A stretch of DNA of 64,000 nt from an uncultured Hormoscilla sp. (GCA_963921275.4 OZ001293.3:2976001-3040000); one strand, 5' to 3'; shown: positions 20,029-31,030, numbered from the stretch's first letter. Translations and numbers: made by a program. The notes: a model not told the origin generated them from the sequence alone.

Positions 20029-20976
20029 TTAATTAGAACTTTCAACGGATTTAGCATTGCTAGGGGCAAAAATTTGCCGACCCGTTAAACTGTTCAAATA
20101 CATCCCGCCCACGGTAACCAGGAACAGGAGGTAACCCACTGCTTCTACACTATACATCTGTTCCCGGTAGCCAAACAATATTTTCAACAGAATTCCGGGA
20201 AATTGCTTCTGGGGGAGAATGCTTGAGGCATCCCAAACCATTGGTCCTAAGACACATGAACTGTTTGTCGCCAAGTCTCCGTAGAAACATAGCCCTGCTT
20301 GGGAATTCATCTCTGCCAGTTGACTGACAACAATGTCTAAATGTGCTAAAGCAGAGATCACTAAACCAGCAACAATCAGCAGCAACAAGACACCCATCAC
20401 CTGGAAAAAGGCGCGGATGTTGATTTTGACTCCCAATTTGAAGATTAGCAGGCCAATTATTGCCGCCATCACCACGCCGGCGATCGCCCCGACAACTGGA
20501 GTTAACCCTGATTGGAAGTAAGCAAGTACCAAGGAAACCGCCTCAAAGCCTTCTCGTAAGACAGCAATCAGAATTAAAGTAAAGATCCCCCAACCTGCAT
20601 TATCTCGTGCGATCGCCGTTTTCACGGCCCCTGCAACTTCCGCCTTCATCGTTCGGGCCTGTTGAGTCATCCAGACTAGCATCCAACTCAGGAGGGCGAT
20701 CGCGACCAAACTAAATCCCCCTTCCAGAGAGTCTTCTATCACCTCCTCATACTGGGGATAACTAGCAGTTAAACTCGCCATTCCCCAACTAAACAATATC
20801 CCAACTAAGGCACTTGCGACAATTCCCACCGCGATGCCACCATAAACCCAAGGGTTCAACTGACTCTGTTCGGCCTTTTTCAGGCAAGCTAAAACAATTC
20901 CCACCACCAGTGCGGCTTCCACCCCTTCTCTGAGGGTGATTAAAAAAGTTGGTAAAGCTGAAGTCAAATCCATCAT
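20029..20976 (-). CDS. FTR1/EfeU-family iron permease
   Basis: Two RExxE motifs (LREGVEA, LREGFEA) and multiple transmembrane segments. Confidence 0.93.
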   Translation of the reverse strand: MMDLTSALPTFLITLREGVEAALVVGIVLACLKKAEQSQLNPWVYGGIAVGIVASALVGILFSWGMASLTASYPQYEEVIEDSLEGGFSLVAIALLSWMLVWMTQQARTMKAEVAGAVKTAIARDNAGWGIFTLILIAVLREGFEAVSLVLAYFQSGLTPVVGAIAGVVMAAIIGLLIFKLGVKINIRAFFQVMGVLLLLIVAGLVISALAHLDIVVSQLAEMNSQAGLCFYGDLATNSSCVLGPMVWDASSILPQKQFPGILLKILFGYREQMYSVEAVGYLLFLVTVGGMYLNSLTGRQIFAPSNAKSVESSN

Positions 20977-21024
20977 TTTCTTGCTTATTGCTAATTTCGT
21001 TCCCGGAACGAGGCTAACGAACCA

Positions 21025-21489
21025 TTAACTAAAGTCGCGCAACATTTTTTTAATTTCGATGTTGTGCATTTCTTCCTGACCGATCATGCCGCGAGCAAAT
21101 TCTTCCAGATAAATGCTAGCACCCTCTACTGTATCTAGTAAGTCCTTATACAGTTCCAGGGCTTTTTTCTCGTGGTTGAGGCTTTCTGAGAGAATATCCT
21201 TGACAGAATGCTTATAGGTTTCCTCAATCGGCGCGATTCGCTGGGTCGGATGACCTTCCAAACCCGTGAGAATTTCTCCCACCTGCTGGGCGTGAAGCAG
21301 CGACTCGGTAGCTTGAGTCTTAAAGAAGTTCACGATCGGGATCCGGTTAGGACCGGTCACCATCAGGGAATAGTGAGTATAGCGCACGACCCCTGCCAGT
21401 TCAAATTCCATGATCTGCTTTAGCTGGCCATTGGTCTTTTCTACATCAAGTTCTTTCATTTTCTTGGATGCTATTACTGCTTTCTCCAT
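21025..21489 (-). CDS. bacterioferritin/ferritin-like protein
   Basis: FELAGVVRY, ESLLHA, HE and EEMH diiron-type helices. Confidence 0.85.
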   Translation of the reverse strand: MEKAVIASKKMKELDVEKTNGQLKQIMEFELAGVVRYTHYSLMVTGPNRIPIVNFFKTQATESLLHAQQVGEILTGLEGHPTQRIAPIEETYKHSVKDILSESLNHEKKALELYKDLLDTVEGASIYLEEFARGMIGQEEMHNIEIKKMLRDFS

Positions 21490-21623
21490 TATCCATCAAT
21501 TGGGACCGATCTCCTTGTCAGCAGCCGGGGCTGACCGGGGCTTTCCTCTTAGGTAAGCCTAGGCTTCTACTATGATATAATGATAGCACAACATCTTTTT
21601 TTTGAGCTCGTTGTTAAACAGAA

Positions 21624-23012
21624 ATGGCTTTAGTAATTGCGGGCGTTAGCAGCGGCGTCGGGAAAACAACTTGTACTCTCTGTATGCTAGCATATTTGCA
21701 ACGCTACGGAGTGCAATCTTTTAAGGTCGGTCCTGATTATATTGACCCGATGTTTCATCAGCATGTCACGGGTCGCCCTTGTCGGAATTTAGATCCGATG
21801 CTGACTGATTCAGAGTACGTACAGCAATGTTTTGCTCTCCATACTCGAGCAGTGGACTTCGCCCTGGTGGAAGGAGTGATGGGACTATTTGATGGCATTT
21901 CTTTCGAGTCTACAACTGATTTTGCCAGTACGGCCCATATCGCTAGGTTACTGGATTTGCCCGTATTATTGGTAATCGATTGTAGTCGGCTATCGGGTTC
22001 CGTAGGAGCGATCGCCCACGGGTATCGGTCTTTCGACCCCAGGATTACAATAGCAGGTGTAGTATTAAATCGGGTAGGGAGCGATCGGCATCTCGAACTG
22101 CTCGAAGCAGCTCTACTGCCCTTGCATTTGCCAATCTTAGGAGTGCTGCGGCGACAGGATAATATTACCATCCCCGATCGGCACTTGGGATTAGTCCCCA
22201 CCGCCGAAATTCACGCACTGGATGCAATAATTGACAAACTGGCCCATTTGGGAGAAAATAGCTTTGACTGGGAACAGCTAATCCCACTCGTGCAATGCTC
22301 CCCCAAATCCCCCATACCGTTCCCAGGGGTCGCCAGGGAACGAGGACATGCAGCAATACCCATGCAGCGATCGCGCCCCAGATTGGCGATCGCCCGGGAT
22401 GCCGCTTTCAGCTTCTACTACCAGGATAACCTCGACCTATTAGAACAGCTAGGGGCCGAATTAATCCCTTGGAGTCCCCTAGCAGACAAGAGTCTACCAG
22501 ACCGAGTGCAGGGATTATATTTTGGAGGCGGGTTTCCAGAAATGTTTGCCCAACAGCTAGCAGAAAACATCCCCGTTCGCCAGGCCCTGCGGTCGGCAAT
22601 CTTGACAGGAATGCCTACCTATGCCGAATGCGGCGGTTTAATGTATTTGTGCGAGTTTCTAGTTGATTTTGCCGGCAAGTCCTGGCCAATGGTAGGAGTA
22701 TTGCCCACATCGACGATCGTGAGCAAAGGGCTAACCTTAGGATATCGACAAGCAATAGCATTGCGAGATAGCCCCCTGCTGCGGACTGCCGAAGTTGTGC
22801 GGGGACATGAGTTTCACCGTTCCCAGCTGACCAAAGCACCCAAAGAACCATTATATCGGACAAAGGGATATGACTCCCGAGGCCAAGCAGGTACGGAAGG
22901 ATGGCAGTTGTATCAACTACATGCTTCCTACATTCATCTTCACTGGGGAGGACTTCCCTCAATTATCGCCCAGTTTTTGCAGTCAATGTCATATACTGGT
23001 AAACTGAGTTAG
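21624..23012 (+). CDS. cobB: cobyrinate a,c-diamide synthase
   Basis: SSGVGKTT, FKVGPDYIDP, EGVMGLFDG, YAECGG and GHEFH motifs. Confidence 0.95.
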   Translation: MALVIAGVSSGVGKTTCTLCMLAYLQRYGVQSFKVGPDYIDPMFHQHVTGRPCRNLDPMLTDSEYVQQCFALHTRAVDFALVEGVMGLFDGISFESTTDFASTAHIARLLDLPVLLVIDCSRLSGSVGAIAHGYRSFDPRITIAGVVLNRVGSDRHLELLEAALLPLHLPILGVLRRQDNITIPDRHLGLVPTAEIHALDAIIDKLAHLGENSFDWEQLIPLVQCSPKSPIPFPGVARERGHAAIPMQRSRPRLAIARDAAFSFYYQDNLDLLEQLGAELIPWSPLADKSLPDRVQGLYFGGGFPEMFAQQLAENIPVRQALRSAILTGMPTYAECGGLMYLCEFLVDFAGKSWPMVGVLPTSTIVSKGLTLGYRQAIALRDSPLLRTAEVVRGHEFHRSQLTKAPKEPLYRTKGYDSRGQAGTEGWQLYQLHASYIHLHWGGLPSIIAQFLQSMSYTGKLS

Positions 23013-23033
23013 AACTAGAATTGGGAAGGATCT

Positions 23034-23384
23034 GTGACTGTATCCGTACAATTTATTGAGGGACTGGATGAGGCGATCGCTGGCATTAGCTTGCGAAAAC
23101 GCCGGAATGATGAAACCAAGATTGTGGTTTTAACCTTCGATCGCCTGCGGGCGATCGAGCAATTTCGGAGCTTGACAAAAAAAATTGACGCCCTGTTGCT
23201 GCGGGATGAAGAAGGGGAGATTCGCGCGATCCCCAGTGGCATTAAGTTTATCTTTGAAAAAGAAGATGAACTGTCAAAAGCATTCTGTACATTTGAAGTC
23301 AACGACCAATCAGCTTTTGAACGAGTGATGCGGTTTTTGCACCGTTATGCAGAAGCGAATGGGTTTGAGTTTCGCTCCGGTTGA
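23034..23384 (+). CDS. psb28: photosystem II assembly protein Psb28 (Psb28-2-like)
   Basis: VQFIEGLDE, LRDEEGEI and FERVMRFLHRYAEANG motifs. Confidence 0.9.
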   Translation: MTVSVQFIEGLDEAIAGISLRKRRNDETKIVVLTFDRLRAIEQFRSLTKKIDALLLRDEEGEIRAIPSGIKFIFEKEDELSKAFCTFEVNDQSAFERVMRFLHRYAEANGFEFRSG

Positions 23385-23394
23385 AAGCACGGGC

Positions 23395-23685
23395 CTATTC
23401 CAGATTTTTCGGACCGTCCGCGGGCCGATCGCCCCCGATCGCTGAATGTGATGATTCCTGGTAAGATGCTAGCATCCGGCGCATCAGTGGCGGCCAGATT
23501 AACAGAAAAAATCCCATCCAGGCGCACACGGGCACAGAGACAATAATTGAGATCCAGATGGTCCGGAAGAGAAACCAACTGAGATAGATGATAGTTATAC
23601 CAGTGAGGATAATTGACCAAGGTTGACACCACCAAGGCTTATAATCCCAAGGGTTAATCGGTTTTGGTGCAGATATTTCTTTCAT
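23395..23685 (-). CDS. conserved cyanobacterial small membrane protein
   Basis: NPWDYKPWWCQPWSIILTG followed by two transmembrane helices. Confidence 0.75.
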   Translation of the reverse strand: MKEISAPKPINPWDYKPWWCQPWSIILTGITIIYLSWFLFRTIWISIIVSVPVCAWMGFFLLIWPPLMRRMLASYQESSHSAIGGDRPADGPKNLE

Positions 23686-24041
23686 GGGTGAGCGGTCAGT
23701 AGTCAGTGGTGAGTGGTAAGTGGGTACGAGCGGGCTGGGCGATCGGGTGCATCAGGTAGATTATACAATAGGCAGGCGATTGCCACCCCGTCAGGCCGGG
23801 AGTGACAACCGGCGATCGCCAGTTCGGGGCCGGGGGCGATCGCCTGGGAGAGAATCGGGGTAGAAAAGGGATTGAAAAAAAAGCGATCGGGAATTATAGT
23901 AAAAAAATCCCGATCGAGCTGTCTCGATCGGGCCAAGGCGATCGCGGTAGGGCAAGGAGATGGTAAAATGCCTGACATAGCCCCCCAGATCAAGGACTCC
24001 GGACCAGAACAGGCAAAGAGAATGAAGAAAAAAGTAAGAAC

Positions 24042-25307
24042 ATGAGTAGTGAGACAAAGAAAGAACGACCGATCGCAGTAGACTTGTGCGCAGGTGCAGG
24101 AGGGATGACCCTAGGGTTTGAACAAGCAGGGTTTGACGTGCTGGCATCTTTTGACATAGACCCAATACACTGCGCTATCCACGAGTATAATTTCCCCTTT
24201 TGGTCAGTATTATGCCAGAATATAGTAGAAATTACGGAAGAGGAAATAAGGTCGAGGTCAAAAATAGGCGATCGGGAGATAGACGTAGTGCTGGCAGGAT
24301 TACCAATATATCAAGGATTGGCATCCAAGGGCAGACGGGCAGCGGAGGAACAGCGGAACTCGGTGTTGTATCATTTTCACAGACTGGTGGTGGAGCTACA
24401 ACCGAAATATTTTGTGATGGAAAATGACCGGGGACTGGCGATCGGGAGGCCAAAACAGCGACTGAAGACTTTGATCAAGGAGTTGAAGGCAGCAGGCTAT
24501 CAAGTACAAGAGGAATACAAATCTCTCAATGCAGCCAACTACGGGGTACCAGAGGCTCGGGAACGATTGTATCTGCTAGGATGCCGGTCAGACAGGAAGT
24601 TGCCGAAATATCCCCCGCCAACGACGAAACCAGCAAAACCCAAGCTGCGCGATCGGCATCGAGATTCAGATCTGCCCCCCGGTCCCACGGTGTGGGATGC
24701 ATTATCAGACCTGCCAGAAGCGAAAAACTACCCAGAATTGTTCAAGCAGGACTGGGCCCAGGCCGAGTACGGCAAGCCTAGCGATTATGCCAGGGCACTG
24801 CGCGAGCGGGACTTTTTAGAAGATAATTATGCCTACGAGCGGGAATACAATCGACAACTGCTCACGGCCAGTATGCTGACTAAACATTCATTGCGATCGA
24901 TTAAACGATTTGAGAATACCAAAGAGGGTCAAAGGGAAAAAATCAGTCGTTTCCAGAAGCTGCATCCAGAAGGAATATGCAACAGTCTCCGGGGGGGAAC
25001 GGACAGGAATCAGGGTTCATTCACGGCCCCGAGACCAATTCATCCCTATATACCCAGATGTATCACAGTCAGGGAAGCAGCAAGGATGCATTCTTTCCCG
25101 GACTGGTTTAGATTTCATGGAACGAAATGGCACGGCTTCCGACAAGTGGCCAATTCTGTACCGCCATTGCTGGCCTTGGCCCTGGGGGCAGAGATTATAC
25201 GTGCCTTGGGAGTGGTACCGTCTAAACCGACGGTCAAGCAGGAGTTGGGAGATAAGAAATTACTACAATTAACTAATTCCCAAGCAAGTCTGCGTTACCG
25301 TTCGTAG
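24042..25307 (+). CDS. DNA cytosine-5 methyltransferase-like protein lacking the catalytic Cys
   Basis: Motifs I (DLCAGAGG), VI (FVMEN), VIII (RERL), IX and X are present; motif IV reads LAGLPIYQG instead of GGPPCQG. Confidence 0.85.
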   Translation: MSSETKKERPIAVDLCAGAGGMTLGFEQAGFDVLASFDIDPIHCAIHEYNFPFWSVLCQNIVEITEEEIRSRSKIGDREIDVVLAGLPIYQGLASKGRRAAEEQRNSVLYHFHRLVVELQPKYFVMENDRGLAIGRPKQRLKTLIKELKAAGYQVQEEYKSLNAANYGVPEARERLYLLGCRSDRKLPKYPPPTTKPAKPKLRDRHRDSDLPPGPTVWDALSDLPEAKNYPELFKQDWAQAEYGKPSDYARALRERDFLEDNYAYEREYNRQLLTASMLTKHSLRSIKRFENTKEGQREKISRFQKLHPEGICNSLRGGTDRNQGSFTAPRPIHPYIPRCITVREAARMHSFPDWFRFHGTKWHGFRQVANSVPPLLALALGAEIIRALGVVPSKPTVKQELGDKKLLQLTNSQASLRYRS

Positions 25308-25376
25308 TAAGTCGTTCGTAGTAAAGACTAAAGTCCTTACCTAAATGTGATATAGTCAGAGAAAAGGGAGGGAATA

Positions 25377-25898
25377 ATGCCCAGAACACAACGTAACGAT
25401 AATTTCATTGACAAAAGCTTTACGGTAATGGCAGATATCATACTCAAGATAATGCCGACGAACAAAAAAGCGAAAGAAGCTTTTGCCTATTACCGGGATG
25501 GAATGTCAGCTCAAGCAGATGGAGAATACGCGGAAGCATTGGAAAATTACTATGAAGCGCTGGACCTAGAAGAAGATCCGAACGATCGCAGCTATGTCCT
25601 GTATAATATCGGATTGATCCATGCCAGCAACGGAGAACATGAGAAGGCACTGGATTACTATCAGCAGGCCCTAGAACAAAATGCTCGCCTTCCCCAAGCG
25701 CTGAACAATATTGCTGTGATTTACCACTACAAGGGGGAAAAGGCAAAGGAAGCTGGTGAAGATGAAGCTGCTGAAGCTATGTTTGATAAAGCAGCTGAGT
25801 ATTGGAAGCAAGCAATTTGCCAGGCACCCAATAACTACATTGAAGCTCAAAATTGGCTCAAAAATACAGGGCGATCGGAAATGGATGTATTTTTCTAG
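25377..25898 (+). CDS. ycf3: photosystem I assembly protein Ycf3
   Basis: [23 protein letters not shown] repeats and [11 protein letters not shown]. Confidence 0.98.
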   Translation: MPRTQRNDNFIDKSFTVMADIILKIMPTNKKAKEAFAYYRDGMSAQADGEYAEALENYYEALDLEEDPNDRSYVLYNIGLIHASNGEHEKALDYYQQALEQNARLPQALNNIAVIYHYKGEKAKEAGEDEAAEAMFDKAAEYWKQAICQAPNNYIEAQNWLKNTGRSEMDVFF

Positions 25899-25984
25899 TA
25901 GCGTAGCGTGTAGGACTTGTCCCGCCTGTCCGTAGGACTTGTCCCCCCTGGAAGTCAGTTGTCTATTCTAACCAGCAACTCCCG

Positions 25985-26284
25985 ATGAAGATCGATCTAG
26001 AACAAGTCCGCAAAGTTGCCCATCTGGCCCGTTTGGAATTAACTTCGGACGAGGAAGAGAAGTTTACTACTCAACTGAGCAGTATTCTGGACTATTTTGA
26101 ACAGCTGAGCGAACTAGATACCAGTGATGTGCCGCCGACAACACGGGCAATTGATGTCAGTAACGTGGTGCGGCCAGATGAACTGCAACCCGACCATAAC
26201 CGGGACGCTATTCTAGCATGTGCGCCTGACCAAGATGGTGATTTCTTCAAGGTGCCACAAATAATCAGCGAAGAGGATGGCTAA
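25985..26284 (+). CDS. gatC: Asp/Glu-tRNA amidotransferase subunit C
   Basis: VRKVAHLARL..ELDTSDVPPT..FFKVP. Confidence 0.95.
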   Translation: MKIDLEQVRKVAHLARLELTSDEEEKFTTQLSSILDYFEQLSELDTSDVPPTTRAIDVSNVVRPDELQPDHNRDAILACAPDQDGDFFKVPQIISEEDG

Positions 26285-26819
26285 ATTCTACGAGCAATTG
26301 AATGACTCTTTACGGCAGTTCATCGCGGCACAGCAGATGTTTTTTACAGCAACTGCGCCGTCAAAGGGGAGAATAAATCTATCCCCAAAGGGGATGGATA
26401 CTTTTCGGTGTATTGATAACCGAACAGTTGCCTATTTAGATTTAACCGGAAGCGGCAATGAAACAGCGGCCCATTTACAAGAAAATGGGAGAATGACAAT
26501 GATGTTTTGTAGCTTCGATCGGGATCCGTTAATCCTGCGTCTCTACGGACAAGGGAGAGTAATTTTCCCCCGAGATGAAGAGTGGCAAGATTTATATCTC
26601 CTGTTTGAAAAGCTGCCTGGAGAAAGGCAAATTATGGTTTTAGCAATTGAAAGCGTCCAGACATCTTGTGGTTATGGGGTTCCCCTTTATGAGTTTAAGG
26701 GAGAAAGACCAACCTTGAAAGCTTGGGCCCAAAAGAAAGGGGAAACAGGAATTATTGAATACTGGCAAAAGAAGAATCAAACCAGTATTGACGGATTACC
26801 GACAAATATATTATCATAG
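26277..26819 (+). CDS. pyridoxamine 5'-phosphate oxidase family protein
   Basis: FFTATA, NLSPKG, LDLTGSGNET and QTSCGYGVP motifs. Confidence 0.9.
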   Translation: MAKFYEQLNDSLRQFIAAQQMFFTATAPSKGRINLSPKGMDTFRCIDNRTVAYLDLTGSGNETAAHLQENGRMTMMFCSFDRDPLILRLYGQGRVIFPRDEEWQDLYLLFEKLPGERQIMVLAIESVQTSCGYGVPLYEFKGERPTLKAWAQKKGETGIIEYWQKKNQTSIDGLPTNILS

Positions 26820-26870
26820 TAGCGCGTAGGGCGGGCGGATCGCCTGCCGGGGATGAACCTAGGGCGGGCG

Positions 26871-27144
26871 CAATACTTCTCGGTTAATAACTTGTCATTG
26901 CGGGGGGCTCCCAAACGAGCATTCTTCTGATCCCCGCGCTTAATCCCCCCCGAAGCAATCTCACCTCCGACAGCGCTTTTCCTCTCATACGGGGCGGGGG
27001 GATTGCTAGCCCTCCTGGCGTCGGGCCGCTGCGCTAACCGGGGGGGTTAACGAACATGAACGCATAAGTTAATCGCTACGTACTCCCCCCCACGCTGCGC
27101 GAAAAATCGCAATGACAGATAAGATGCTTAACCGAGAGGTATTG
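26871..27144. mobile_element. MITE, 274 bp
   Basis: TIR CAATACYTCTCGGTTAA; 10-bp target duplication AGGGCGGGCG; internal GTCATTGCG..CGCAATGAC palindrome. Confidence 0.8.
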
Positions 27145-27164
27145 AGGGCGGGCGGATCGCCTAG

Positions 27165-28451
27165 CTAAAGAACTCGGATCGCACTGGGAATGCTATCAAC
27201 AGCATCCAGAGTGTTAATTTCATTGAGGGCATTGCGGAAGTTGCCTTCACGGGTTGCGTGGGTAAGGACGACAATTTCTGCTAGTTGACCCTTAAAGCCG
27301 ATTTGGACAAGGGATTCGAGGCTAACATTATTGTTACCGAAGCTGGTGCCTAAGTGACCGATGATTCCCGGTTGGTCTTTGGTCAGAAAGCGGACGTAAA
27401 ATCGGGTCTGGAGTTCTTCTATTGGGGCGATCGGGCAATAATGTTGATGGTGACACGAGAGCAAGGGATGGGGTATGGGTTCGGTTTCAGTTTGGAGAAT
27501 AGCAGCAATGCCGATCAGATCGGCAACTACGGCACTAGCAGTGGGACCAGCACCCGCACCCCGTCCGTAAAACATTACCTGTCCGATCGGTTCTCCTTCG
27601 ACTAAGATGGCATTATAAACGCCGCTGATGCTAGCGAGGGGATGAATTTGGGGAACCAGAGTGGGATGAACCCTCACTTGCAGGGAGTCTTCTAGGTCCC
27701 GTTGGGCGATCGCCAGCAGTTTAATTTCAAACCCCAGCTTTTCAGCATAGGCAATATCTGCTACAGTTACATGACGAATGCCTTCGCAATAAACATCTTC
27801 TAGTTTCAAACGTCCCCCAAAAGCTAAGGATGCCAGAATAGCAATTTTATCGGCAGCATCCAAACCATCTACATCGGCAGTAGGATCTGCTTCCGCGTAA
27901 CCCAACTGCTGTGCTTCCGCTAAAACATCGGCAAAATCAATGCCTTCCCGTTGCATTTTGGTCAGGATATAGTTAGTCGTACCGTTGACAATGCCGATTA
28001 CAGATTGAATGCGGTTCGCGACCAATGCCTGTTTCAAGGGTCCAATCACGGGAATGCCACCTCCCACCGCCGCTTCTAGCATTACGTAGACGCCAGCGTT
28101 ATTGGCCGCCGTGTAAATTTCATCACCGTAGCGGGAAATTACCGCTTTGTTGGCAGTGACCACATGCTTTCCGTGGGCAATGGCTTTCAGAATGAGCGAT
28201 CGGGCGGGTTCCAGTCCTCCGATCAGTTCTACGACAATATCAACTGCCTCGTCTGTGACAATTGCCTCTAGATCCGTTGTCAGGATATCCGCAGGCAATT
28301 TGACAGGGCGAGGTTTGGAGATATCCCGCAGGCCCACCCGATAGATTGACAATTCCTGCAATAGGGGATGGCGTCCCTTGGGGTCGAGTAAAATCTCTGT
28401 CGTCCCCCCACCAACGGTACCCAATCCCAGTAAACCGATTTTATAAGCCAC
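27165..28451 (-). CDS. hom: homoserine dehydrogenase
   Basis: GLGTVG, VTANK, EAAVGGGIP, NGTTN, GYAEADP and GAGPTASAV motifs, C-terminal ACT domain; start taken at GTG 28451. Confidence 0.95.
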   Translation of the reverse strand: MAYKIGLLGLGTVGGGTTEILLDPKGRHPLLQELSIYRVGLRDISKPRPVKLPADILTTDLEAIVTDEAVDIVVELIGGLEPARSLILKAIAHGKHVVTANKAVISRYGDEIYTAANNAGVYVMLEAAVGGGIPVIGPLKQALVANRIQSVIGIVNGTTNYILTKMQREGIDFADVLAEAQQLGYAEADPTADVDGLDAADKIAILASLAFGGRLKLEDVYCEGIRHVTVADIAYAEKLGFEIKLLAIAQRDLEDSLQVRVHPTLVPQIHPLASISGVYNAILVEGEPIGQVMFYGRGAGAGPTASAVVADLIGIAAILQTETEPIPHPLLSCHHQHYCPIAPIEELQTRFYVRFLTKDQPGIIGHLGTSFGNNNVSLESLVQIGFKGQLAEIVVLTHATREGNFRNALNEINTLDAVDSIPSAIRVL

Positions 28452-28745
28452 GATGACAAGTTCCGATATGTTTGCCTTGACTATTCTGACAGATTTTAGT
28501 AAGAGGAGAATTGCCAATTTAAACTTGTAAATTGAAAATCTAGTATTTTTATATTTATAGCTATTTTTGACTCTAACATTTTACAAGGCGATCGCATTTT
28601 TCGAGACAGAAACTTGCCTCTTCGATCGCAATTTGAAGGGCGATCGTCTAGCCTGATTATGTTCGGAGATAATATTCTAATTATAGGCAGATTATGGTTG
28701 TATATCGAATGTAAATATGACTGTAGGTTGAGCAACTAAACCGAA

Positions 28746-28916
28746 TTATGTCGGATCTTCATCCTCTAGATATAAAGCAACTGCTTCTTGCAGATTGCTG
28801 ACAATTTCCTCTTTACTCCTACCCTGAGTGACTACATTAATTTCTGGGCATTCGGCTACATAACCTTGTTGTTCGCCCCGACTGATTTTAGCTGTGATAT
28901 AATTTCTTAATTCCAT
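28746..28916 (-). CDS. HicB-family antitoxin-like protein (short or truncated, no hicA partner seen)
   Basis: GYVAECPEINVVTQGRSKEEIVSNLQEAVALYLE. Confidence 0.75.
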   Translation of the reverse strand: MELRNYITAKISRGEQQGYVAECPEINVVTQGRSKEEIVSNLQEAVALYLEDEDPT

Positions 28917-28920
28917 AGCT

Positions 28921-29120
28921 GTAGCAGATGAGTTCAGGAAGGCCGTTCGCCTCGCAGGTGGATATAAATCTGATAACATGAATTTACCGAACGGGATCTT
29001 TAGCATCGACCAACCACCCCGGTTGAGGGCTAGGTTTGGCTCTGGGGAACCGGCAGCAGGAACAGACCGATCGGTCCTCACGGTCGGCGGACTCGTCGTC
29101 AACCGCTGCTCCCAAAGCCA
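28921..29120 (-). ncRNA. probable 6S RNA (SsrS/SsaA-like)
   Basis: About 190 nt folding by eye into a rod (AGCAG/CTGCT, GTCCGCC/GGCGAAC, GGTCTG/CAGATT, TGCCGG/TCGGTA) with a central bubble; TATAAT lies just upstream at 29128-29133. Confidence 0.55.
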
Positions 29121-29162
29121 TGATAATATTATAGCAACACATTGTTTTGCAGATAGAGAACC

Positions 29163-29474
29163 ATGACTCCAGAACAAGAACAAAAAATAATTGAGTTACG
29201 TGCCAAAAATATGACTCCCAAACTGATTGCGCGGAAATTGGGCTTGAAAGTATCGGAAGTAAGTGCGATACTCAAGGGTCAAGCACAACAGGTAACTCTG
29301 GAAAGGGCAGCTAGTGGGGAAATGGACCCAATAGCAAAATGCCTGGTGAACGCTAGCTGCTTCGACAGTTTATTTGGAGACAAACGTCAGCGAGAGGCAG
29401 CAGAAGATTCGCAAGTGGGGGGCCTGGGATTAGTTGCAGTTGCACGCACCACAGGGCAAGATAAGTTTATCTAA
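29163..29474 (+). pseudogene. N-terminal fragment of an HTH-containing hypothetical protein
   Basis: IIELRAKNMTPKLIARKLGLKVSEV helix-turn-helix; ends at an apparent junction with the next remnant. Confidence 0.55.
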
Positions 29475-29497
29475 AGAATGGTTCTCCGATAAATGTC

Positions 29498-30244
29498 GTG
29501 GTTCATGTAGAAGTCCAAAGTGAGTACGAAGTAGACTTTACCAAACGGATACATATTTACAACAGCCTAATAGAGTTGCGCCACGATCTGCCGGCGGCCA
29601 GTTTGGTAATATTAGGCGATGACAGACCGACCTGGCGACCCCAAGAATATGTGTCTACAATTTGGGAAAGCAGAACAACCCAGTCCTATCGTGTAGTCAA
29701 GCTGCTGGACTACCAAAACCAATGGTCTGTGTTGTCGCATAGCACTAATCCCTTTGCGGTGATGGTAATGGCCCATCTGAAAACAATGGCGACGCGCGAG
29801 AATGCCCGGAAACGCTTGGAATGGAAAACCAGGGTAACCAGAGGGCTGTTAGAGGTTGGATATAGCGAACAGGAGATTCGCAACTTGTTGCGGCTAGTAT
29901 ACTGGATGATGCGACTGCCAGAGAATTTAGAACGGGAATTTCAAATTCAACTAGATAAATTCTTGGAGGAGAAAGAGATGCCGTATGTAATGATGCCTTG
30001 CGAGCAAGATGCAATGATGAGGGGTATCCTGCAAAAAAGCAGAGAGGCCATAATCGATATCCTCGTTCTGAGGTTTTCTTCTGTGCCCGAGGAAATAGCC
30101 GATCGCATCAATAAACTGAAGTCCGAGTCGGTGCTGCGGGATCTTTTGAGGCGAGCGGTGACGCTCGCCTCCCTATCAGACTTCTCTGCCGTTCTCGATC
30201 AACTTGCGCCAGCGGAAGATAGTAGTGGTGATCGGTACAACTAA
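29498..30244 (+). pseudogene. Rpn/YhgA-like (putative transposase/nuclease) protein, N-terminally truncated
   Basis: VHVEVQS, SLVILGD, VKLLDY, NPFAVMVMAHL and WMMRLP motifs. Confidence 0.7.
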
Positions 30245-30905
30245 CCGCGAGCAGGATGAGGGGCGATCGCCCCTACTGAAAGCAGAGGGCGATCGCCAAA
30301 GATTGTTTCTTGTCCGAGAAAGAGATGCCCTATGTAATGCTGCCTGGTGAGGAAAATGCAATGAACAGGGGGTATCCTGCCTCCTAGCTAGCACAAAAGG
30401 GGAAACACGGCCAGGCCATTGAACAACATCATCCCGCGATCGCCCCCCTCACCCGAAAGGGCCTCAGCTGATGGTGCGATTAGCCAGTGGAGCAGACGGC
30501 GCTACGAACGACGGGAAGCACGAAGCGTGCTTACTACCTCACTCTTGTGGTACAATGGTCGAAAGCAAACGCTTCTTCGCAAGGAGTAGTGTCAGGCACG
30601 CTCGCCGGAGGCACTAGATTCCCATGTCAATGCTAGCCTCATGGCTGGTCATCTCGCCTCTTCAGCTTTGCAACCGCTACAACTAACAACTGACCCGTTG
30701 AGTTTCTCCATTGCCTCTTACAAGCGGCTGGCTCTCAATGAGCATCTGGCGTTGCACAACTCCGGGATGATTTGTGACCACTTCCAAGAAGCTTATAGCG
30801 ACCATGCCTCATTTATAATGACTTGTTACAACTGATAACTGACAACTGACAACTGACTAACCAGAGAGCCACCATCATCCCCAAAATGTGCAACGCCCTT
30901 TTGGA

Positions 30906-31018
30906 GGCGTTGCACAATCACGGGATGATGGGCATAGTTGCAGCACTTTTAAACTTAGAGTACAAGCTATTTTCTGTTATGTGCAAAAAAGGGCATCATC
31001 CCCAAAATGTGCAACGCC
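30906..31018. mobile_element. 113-bp MITE (GGCGTTGCACA family)
   Basis: TIR GGCGTTGCACA/TGTGCAACGCC; 8-bp TSD CTTTTGGA; second copy at 54300-54412; isolated ends near 30873-30897, 18140 and 18416. Confidence 0.85.
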
Positions 31019-31030
31019 CTTTTGGACTTA

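Noticed and set aside
28917..29183. N-terminal extension of HicB (145-aa ORF)
   Set aside because: The extension coincides with the probable 6S RNA; HicB-like sequence begins near 28916.
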